A stretch of DNA of 64,000 nt. Source: Candidatus Woesearchaeota archaeon (lineage in GTDB: Archaea > Nanobdellota > Nanobdellia > Woesearchaeales > UBA10216). Position 1 is the stretch's first letter, and each line of letters starts with the position of its first letter. Positions 55,401 through 64,000 of this stretch are shown in pieces. The notes below the pieces were generated by a model. It made no database searches and had not been told where the DNA came from. It worked only from the letters and a program-made list of their open reading frames with translations. Made by a program: the position numbers and the translations under genes. The stretch covers positions 48,804 to 112,803 of the forward strand of contig JACPTF010000010.1 in NCBI GenBank assembly GCA_016192915.1, written 5' to 3'.

Positions 55401-56235
55401 CAATGAACTCGCTTCTTGTTGGCTTATGCTCTGAGATCACCCTTTTGGCCAAATCGAGAAGCTCATACTTGTCTTCGGTAAGCTTGAATTCCGGAGGCAC
55501 AACATGGTAAAGGTACTGGACCGTAGAGGGAAGCTTGAACAAGGTAATGTCAGCCCCCTCAACAGTGTAGCTGTCAATTTCCTCGCCATCCTGTGGGAAG
55601 GCAGCCATGAGCCTGGTGAACATGAAATCAGGCTTTGCAAGAGGGTTAAAGACAAAATGATAAATGCCCCTGTTGCCTTCCTTGTAATCCTGCAGGTGAG
55701 GCTTTGCCTTCAGCATCAGCTCGGTTTTTTCAAGCGCGTTAAGAAGCGACTCAACAAGCTGAAGGTATCTGTCAGCTCCGGCAGCCTGCTGGGCAGCCCT
55801 TTCACTGGCAACCTTTTCCTCACGGTGCATCCTGCGAAGCTCAACATAAGCTGCAACAGGGTCATTCCTTAGCTTGTTGTAAACTATGTTCCTTATCTCA
55901 TAACTGCGCCTCTCCCCACTTGGGCCGGTAAAAACGCCGCCGAGCGAGGAAAGCGTAAAAAGAACCTGCTGCTTGATTATCTGATTGCGAAGCTTGCCTA
56001 TCTCTGCAAGCATCCTGACCTGCCCATAATCGTACTCGTAATCCCTTTTTTGCGCAAAGACAACCCGGGTAATGCTTGGGTTTTCAACCAGCTTGTCAAT
56101 AACGGCAGACATGCAAACAGTGCTGTCCTCGATTGAAGGGAAAAAGGGGAAGGCCTCTGCATCTATTCTTAAGACTAGGTCCTCGCCCTCCTTGTACGTC
56201 TCGTAACTAAAATAGTCCCCTCTTTTTTCAGGCAT
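52411..56235 (-). CDS. FlaI/VirB11/PilB-family secretion ATPase interrupted by a 514-aa intein
   Basis: Walker A AGTRSAGKTS. The host motif ISLED|TLELPV is split by an insert that begins with S, ends with HN, and carries LAGLIDADG blocks (LTFVGLWIADGCYD, AFVLNGIFTGDGCA). The C-terminal extein has the ATPase His/Asp boxes. Confidence 0.85.
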   Translation of the reverse strand: MPEKRGDYFSYETYKEGEDLVLRIDAEAFPFFPSIEDSTVCMSAVIDKLVENPSITRVVFAQKRDYEYDYGQVRMLAEIGKLRNQIIKQQVLFTLSSLGGVFTGPSGERRSYEIRNIVYNKLRNDPVAAYVELRRMHREEKVASERAAQQAAGADRYLQLVESLLNALEKTELMLKAKPHLQDYKEGNRGIYHFVFNPLAKPDFMFTRLMAAFPQDGEEIDSYTVEGADITLFKLPSTVQYLYHVVPPEFKLTEDKYELLDLAKRVISEHKPTRSEFIDPERVRQVFFNVGSDLIEELADQKQLKLRTKEVEELAEVLVRYTIGFGLVEVLLKDDKIQDITANSPMGRQPLFIVHQDYDDCMTNIIPTSSDADSWATKLRLMSGRPLDEANPILDTELLVPGARARVAVVGEPLNPNGLAYAFRRHRDKPWTFPLFIKQRMMTPLSAGLLSFLIDGSRTMLVAGTRSAGKTSVLGSVMVEIMRKYRMISLEDSVAGDSELIIRRNGTYERTTIGELVDSNITKHGSYYNLSDHEVAGNPEKIEIYAMDKQGKIVLSRVSNFIRHKVNKPLFTVKTRTGRTIRVTGDHSLFTVGETGQIEEAKVKELQPGSHISVPRHIELANKELPEIDLLPKILGLEESYIFGEAVMNFAQQHRADIKKLGEKQGYGKQVIQYWIRKGMLPGKIVGKLISAGYRIGDGKIFFKVGRRSTFSLPAKMSLDKEFLTFVGLWIADGCYDQMSVIISAVDEEDRAVVHSVGKKFGIPVKMHSDGFSLQLNSKTLKACMAELFELKGNSYTKRLPAWIYQLSREQIAFVLNGIFTGDGCAADKEIVIPMASAALLKDIQFLLSAYDIVFRIGKKRSDGTYNAGISSLKSWKNFRDNIGFLQHYKNQKVDLLCSKTSTHDTTDIIPLSLGTKEDLWDMIPKFNFHDYVIRDNDIGQTRLVSILQTNQLPCELSENLSILAQSDIFWDEVREISMQEHDGWVYDLSVPECESFVCDNIVAHNTLELPVAALKQLNYNIQSMKVASALTKGTTEVSADEGIRSTLRMGDSCLIIGEVRSVEAAALYEAMRVGALANVVAGTIHGDSPYGVFDRVVNDLRVPRTSFKATDVIVVANPIRTPDGLHRWRRLTQITEVGKYWENDPLLEKGFKDLMKYDSKSDQLEPTIDLLNGESDVLKSIAANVKDWAGSWDAVWDNVLLRAQIKEAVVDAADKTGQNELLEAPFVVQANDEFHKLAEEVKDELGSYDNKRILFEWSEWLKKAIRRKEVEVV
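53218..54759 (-). mobile_element. Intein (with LAGLIDADG homing-endonuclease domain) within the FlaI-like ATPase gene
   Basis: N-terminal Ser, C-terminal VAHN followed by +1 Thr. Two dodecapeptide motifs. Removing it restores the contiguous P-loop ATPase motif ...RMISLEDTLELPV... Confidence 0.75.
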
Positions 56236-56360
56236 TTGTTAACCTCGTTTCCCACGTCGCTTTCAGGCGACGGGGCCCAATCGTGCCCTGCACGATTTGG
56301 GTTTGATTGACCTTTCCGCATCGCCTATTGCGATGGGACCAGTCGAGCGTATCTCGACTT
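56236..56360 (-). promoter_or_regulatory. Cluster of four consecutive stem-loops in the divergent intergenic region upstream of the ATPase gene
   Basis: CGTCGC-tttcag-GCGACG; CCCAATCGTGC-cct-GCACGATTTGGG; CCGCATCGC-ctatt-GCGATGGG; CCAGTCGAG-cgtat-CTCGACTTGG. Confidence 0.35.
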
Positions 56361-56430
56361 GGTTTGCGAAAAAGGTCATAGCAAACCTCTTTACAAAGCT
56401 ATTTATATAACTGCCGCTATTTATAGTTTT

Positions 56431-56874
56431 ATGGATACGGGCATGTTCCCAAGCGGTAAGAAGAACACGCAAGACGCATCTGTTTCTGCATCACTAAGCC
56501 AGGCCGTTGCTGAAGCCGAGCGGCGCCTGAGAACAATTGAGGAACGATTTTCCAACCTTGAGCGAAGAAGCCAGGTAACAGAGGAAAACATGCTCACCAG
56601 TGACAGAAAGATAAAATCGGAGATAAGGCTGACAAGCAGCGATGTTTCAGACGTAAAAGCCCAGATTGCTGAGCTCACAGAAAAGATAAAAGAGGTAATA
56701 AGGGAGCTTCAGGGCTTCGCGAGGGCTGAAGATGTTGACGTCATAAGGAAGTACCTCAACCTTATTGAACCATTGGGTTTTGTCACGCAAAATGAAGTGG
56801 ACCGCATTGTCAGGCATGCAGTTGAAGAGGCATTGGGCCAGCAGCTCAGCGAGCAGGGCACAGGAAAAGAGTAA
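56431..56874 (+). CDS. Coiled-coil protein (start trimmed to MDTGMF)
   Basis: Heptad-rich sequence (RLRTIEERFSNLERRSQ..., AQIAELTEKIKEVIREL). Confidence 0.4.
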   Translation: MDTGMFPSGKKNTQDASVSASLSQAVAEAERRLRTIEERFSNLERRSQVTEENMLTSDRKIKSEIRLTSSDVSDVKAQIAELTEKIKEVIRELQGFARAEDVDVIRKYLNLIEPLGFVTQNEVDRIVRHAVEEALGQQLSEQGTGKE

Positions 56875-56947
56875 TAGCCCTTCGCCATTCAAAAGCTTTA
56901 AAAACAATTATCGCAAATTAGCACTATTAAACGAAAAAGTGGTGGCA

Positions 56948-57847
56948 ATGGGGCTTTTTAATTTTGGCAAGAAAAAGGAGGAGCCGATTCAGGGGCCGAG
57001 AGTGCCTGTTGATGATGTGGCAAGGATGCGCAGGCAGGGCTTGTCCAATAACCAGATAGTCCAGGCGCTTCAGCGCAACGGCTTCCAGAGCCACCAGATA
57101 TTTGACGCGTTCAACCAGGCAGACTTGAGAGTGCCTTCGCCTCTTCAAGGGATGCAGCAGGGCATGCAGCCAGGAATGCAGGGAATGCCGCCAAGAGCAG
57201 CGCAGAGACAGCAATTCATGCAGCCTGGCCCACAAGGCCCACAAGGAATGGCCGGAACAGACCATGGCCAGGAAAGCCCGGCAGATTTGGGAATGCCGCC
57301 AGTGCCTCCGGGACTGGACGAAATGGGCAATGAGGCGTCAATTACAGGGCCGCAGACCGCTGACGAATTCTCAGGGTTGCCCGGGCTTGGCGAGGACTTT
57401 GGGCAGGGCGGGCAGCAGCCCGGTCAGGAACCAGTGCAATTCCCGCAACAGGGCGAAAGCTTCCCATCACAACCGGCGAGCTACGGCAGCTATGACGCCT
57501 CAGCAAAGATTGAGGAGATAAGCGAGGCAATTATAGAGGAAAAATGGCAGGACCTTATGAAGGACTTTAATAAGATCGTGGAATGGAAAAGCTCAATGGA
57601 GCAGAGAATGGCAGCGATTGAGCAGCGGCTTTCTGACCTTAAAGCAGGCTTTGACAACCTGCAGCGAAGCGTGGTTGACAAGGTAAGCGACTACGACAAG
57701 AGCGTGAAAGACGTCAACACAGAGATGAAGGCATTAGAGCAGGTTTTCCAGAAAATCATACCAACCATGACGGAAAACGTAAACGAGCTCTCAAGAATAA
57801 CCAAAGTTATGAAGTCTCCGCAGCAGCAAAAGAAAAAACAAGCTTAA
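56948..57847 (+). CDS. Gln/Pro/Gly-rich protein with a small N-terminal helical domain and a C-terminal coiled coil
   Basis: N-terminus MGLFNFGKKKEEP..DDVARMRRQGLSNNQIVQALQRNGF. Repeats GMQQGMQPGMQGMPP. C-terminal heptads. Confidence 0.4.
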   Translation: MGLFNFGKKKEEPIQGPRVPVDDVARMRRQGLSNNQIVQALQRNGFQSHQIFDAFNQADLRVPSPLQGMQQGMQPGMQGMPPRAAQRQQFMQPGPQGPQGMAGTDHGQESPADLGMPPVPPGLDEMGNEASITGPQTADEFSGLPGLGEDFGQGGQQPGQEPVQFPQQGESFPSQPASYGSYDASAKIEEISEAIIEEKWQDLMKDFNKIVEWKSSMEQRMAAIEQRLSDLKAGFDNLQRSVVDKVSDYDKSVKDVNTEMKALEQVFQKIIPTMTENVNELSRITKVMKSPQQQKKKQA

Positions 57848-57877
57848 TAAATATTTTAAATATTTCTGTTTCAATTT

Positions 57878-58447
57878 TTAGTGGCCTGCCATCCCGCCAA
57901 TCGTGCCGCCTGCGCCAGTCATAAGGGCGAGCGTCATTGCCCCCACTCCCAGGACAAGGAAGAGCCCAAGAAGCTTCGGGTTGGTAAGAACCCCAATGAA
58001 AGGCCGCTGCGTCTGTTCAACAGCAACATTCTCGCCGGTTTGCTCGTCTATCACGAATTTCACAAGCTCCTGCGGCCGCTGCGTCCATGCAACAACCAGA
58101 ATGACTATGAGAGCAACAAAAACATACCAGACAACACCTGTGCCCTTGCCGCCAAACGTATTAACTACTGTTTCAGGCTTGACGCCTACAAAGCCCGAAA
58201 GCAGGAGGATGAAGAAAAATAGTGCAGCAATAACAATAACCCAGGGTGCCATTGCTGTTATTATGTTAGTGGCTCCCCCTGTGAGGACAACAACCGCAGT
58301 TATGACAAAAGCAAACAGCGCGTGCAGCCCCTTGTTCTTCAGCAGGTTGGTAACTTCCAGCCCGCCGTAAACTATGAGAAAGACGAGAATCCAGACAAAT
58401 ATGTCAGTAAAGCCCTTCAAAAGGCCCAAGTCAAGGATTGTTGCCAT
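57878..58447 (-). CDS. Polytopic membrane protein, paralogue 3 of a tandem triplet
   Basis: About 190 aa with 4-5 TM helices. More divergent than the other two. Confidence 0.45.
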   Translation of the reverse strand: MATILDLGLLKGFTDIFVWILVFLIVYGGLEVTNLLKNKGLHALFAFVITAVVVLTGGATNIITAMAPWVIVIAALFFFILLLSGFVGVKPETVVNTFGGKGTGVVWYVFVALIVILVVAWTQRPQELVKFVIDEQTGENVAVEQTQRPFIGVLTNPKLLGLFLVLGVGAMTLALMTGAGGTIGGMAGH

Positions 58448-58468
58448 TTTTTGCCTGCCATCACGTGG

Positions 58469-59065
58469 CTACCTGCCACCGGTAAGCTTCCTCCAAGCGG
58501 CGCCTGCATCCTCAAGCGGGTTATCAGCTGTAATCAGAAAGATTACCAAGGCAAATACCAGCACTATTACCAGCAGCACCTGAATGTCCGGATTTGACAG
58601 GAACGAGAGACCGCCAAAGGTTTCCCACCAGCCTGCCGAAAGCCCGAAAATGTAAATTATTGCGGCCACGCTCAGGAAAGCGAAGAATCCGCCCATTGGA
58701 ACGCCCTCCTTGTTCGGGCGGAAGATGCCAACCAGGATAAGGGCAGCGACAATAATTACAATGACCAGTGAAACATTGGGCAGCGCTGTGTTAATGATAT
58801 TTACGACATCCTGGCCTGGCGGATAGGTGCCAAGGACGTGCGGGACAACAACGAGAAGGGCCATCACAATCGCAACCAGGGTGTGTATGCCTTTCTTATC
58901 CCCGAGGACCTTTGTGGTCCTTATTACGGTGAATACTACGGCAAATATCAGTATGAAAGGCAACACAGCGTCAAGCAGCCCAAACTGCTCAAGCTGGACA
59001 AGAAAGTCAGGCACAGTCCTCACGCCTGAGAACGCCTGAAGCACAACAGGCAACACCGGCAACAT
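58469..59065 (-). CDS. Polytopic membrane protein, paralogue 2
   Basis: Shared N-terminal block ...LDAVLPFILIFAVVFTVIRTTKVLG.. versus ..FDVVLPFLLIFTIVFAMLEKTRVFG.. in paralogue 1. Confidence 0.5.
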   Translation of the reverse strand: MLPVLPVVLQAFSGVRTVPDFLVQLEQFGLLDAVLPFILIFAVVFTVIRTTKVLGDKKGIHTLVAIVMALLVVVPHVLGTYPPGQDVVNIINTALPNVSLVIVIIVAALILVGIFRPNKEGVPMGGFFAFLSVAAIIYIFGLSAGWWETFGGLSFLSNPDIQVLLVIVLVFALVIFLITADNPLEDAGAAWRKLTGGR

Positions 59066-59138
59066 TTTTTTACACCATCGCTCTTTTTTGTTCTCTAACT
59101 GTTTTAGTTCTTTTTATATCTTGCTATATCCTCCCTTT

Positions 59139-59732
59139 TTACGGGTGAGCAGCGCCGCCCCCTCCAGCTGCTCCAGAGGGCTTTTCACCCTTGGTTATGA
59201 ACACAATAACTCCAATAACCAAACCCATGAGGATGATAGTTGGAACTGAAACATTAGTTGAAAACTGGCCCAGCCAGTCAAATATCCACTCAAGCCACGT
59301 CTTGTTATCGCTTGTCTTGATGGCGTTGAGGAATATGCCTGCAAGGCCCAAAAACATTATTATGATGAAAGCGCCCTGGGTCCATCCCTTAAGCGCAAAG
59401 CCCTCAGCACCGGCCTGAGGGTGGAAAGAGCCGACAAGCATCAGGAAGAAGACTGAAGCAAAAAGCAGTATGACCACATTTGCAGATATCTGGGTCAAGG
59501 CGTTAACCACCTTTGCAGAGGCAATGGCAAAAAAGGCAATCGCGAAAGAAGCCATGGCGTTAAGGTTCTTCTTGGTGTACTTCTTTCCATCAACCTCCTC
59601 AGTGCCAAACACCCTTGTCTTCTCAAGCATTGCAAAGACAATTGTGAATATGAGAAGGAAAGGAAGGACAACGTCAAAAACCCCAATCTTGTCCATGAAG
59701 TCCAGCGCGTTCCTGAAATCAGATTGCACCAT
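59139..59732 (-). CDS. Polytopic membrane protein, paralogue 1
   Basis: See paralogue 2. Gly-rich C-terminal tail. Confidence 0.5.
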   Translation of the reverse strand: MVQSDFRNALDFMDKIGVFDVVLPFLLIFTIVFAMLEKTRVFGTEEVDGKKYTKKNLNAMASFAIAFFAIASAKVVNALTQISANVVILLFASVFFLMLVGSFHPQAGAEGFALKGWTQGAFIIIMFLGLAGIFLNAIKTSDNKTWLEWIFDWLGQFSTNVSVPTIILMGLVIGVIVFITKGEKPSGAAGGGGAAHP

Positions 59733-59959
59733 TCTTAACAGCCCTTTTCTTTAAAACTAAATTTAACTCATTCTCGCAGTTTCTGCCGCAGCTACGCACC
59801 TTTTTTCAAAATCATTCAAAATCAAGCAGGCACAAAAAATGCGGAATTCCGTTTATAAATGTTTCGGTGAACAAATAGCTAATTATGCGAATAATATCTA
59901 ACAATCCCGTAAACCGTAAATCACAACCTTTAAATATTTGCCGAGTAAGTCGCTTTTTC

Positions 59960-60421
59960 ATGACAATCGCGGGATTTACATTCACAAAGCTGCTTGCCGA
60001 GAAAAAGGCAGCGGCAAGGGGCAACATCAACATAAACACAAACATGTCCTTTATCAGTGCCGAAGAGATAGACTTCGTGATGGGAACAAACAAGCAGAAG
60101 GGCTTAAAGGTCAGCTTTGACTACAGGAACACCTACGTTCCAGACATAGGCACGCTCATAATAAACGGTGAAATACTGTATCTTTCAGACCAGAAAAGGC
60201 ATGATGAGCTCATGAAGTCGTGGAAAAAAGACAAGCGGTTCCCTGATGATGTAACGGCACACCTTTACGACATGATATCGGTGAGGTCCACAGTTGAGGC
60301 AATAAGCCTTTCAAGCACAGTAGGGCTCCCACCGCCAGTCCCAGTTCCAAGGTTCACAGCAGGCAAAAAGCAAGAACAGCAGGAAAGCCAGCAGCAGAAG
60401 GAACAGAAAGGAAGGAAGTAA
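59960..60421 (+). CDS. Hypothetical protein (start trimmed to MTIAGF)
   Basis: ORF with a Gln/Glu/Lys-rich C-terminal tail. Confidence 0.3.
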   Translation: MTIAGFTFTKLLAEKKAAARGNININTNMSFISAEEIDFVMGTNKQKGLKVSFDYRNTYVPDIGTLIINGEILYLSDQKRHDELMKSWKKDKRFPDDVTAHLYDMISVRSTVEAISLSSTVGLPPPVPVPRFTAGKKQEQQESQQQKEQKGRK

Positions 60422-60486
60422 AGCGCTTTTCTATGTGTTTTATCGCAGCATCAGCGAAAAGTTGATAAATGAATTTTAGTTACTAA

Positions 60487-64000
<3,514 letters not shown>

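Overview
This window reads as a fragment of an archaeal chromosome (roughly 48% GC). The archaeal assignment rests on DNA topoisomerase VI subunits B and A, transcription factor E, Spt5, SecE, ribosomal proteins S17e and uL11, FtsZ, an archaeal-type D-aminoacyl-tRNA deacylase, TrmI, and a CDC48 homologue.

Main content:
- Housekeeping genes: a coherent glmS-tal-IMPase-glmM-glmU (UDP-GlcNAc precursor) cluster, secDF, pyrG, pyrH, cmk, two FKBPs and a MATE exporter.
- At least six tRNA genes, four or five of them intron-containing. tRNA-Arg(TCT) and tRNA-Leu(CAG) appear to carry introns at non-canonical positions (T-loop, D-loop).
- Inteins: two large LAGLIDADG-type inteins, one in a FlaI/VirB11-like secretion ATPase and one in CDC48.
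- Mobile DNA: an IS200/IS605-family TnpB element, and a small tRNA-Cys-associated island bounded by a 31-bp direct repeat of the tRNA 3' end.
- Several type II toxin-antitoxin-like pairs (RelE-like, VapBC).

The most likely candidates for an undescribed system are:
- A tight three-gene operon of large uncharacterized proteins (547, 929 and 251 aa) downstream of pyrH. The 929-aa protein contains three tandem ~110-aa repeats that are still visible at the DNA level.
- A type-IV-pilus/archaellum-like locus with an intein-containing ATPase, a FlaJ/TadC-like membrane platform, coiled-coil proteins and three tandem paralogous membrane proteins, but no recognizable pilin.
- A two-gene operon of unknown proteins directly upstream of secDF.

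All calls come from reading the sequence and the supplied ORF translations; no database searches were run. Where my hand count disagreed with the ORF track I used the track coordinates, so hand-derived coordinates (tRNAs, inteins, trimmed starts) may be off by 1-2 nt.
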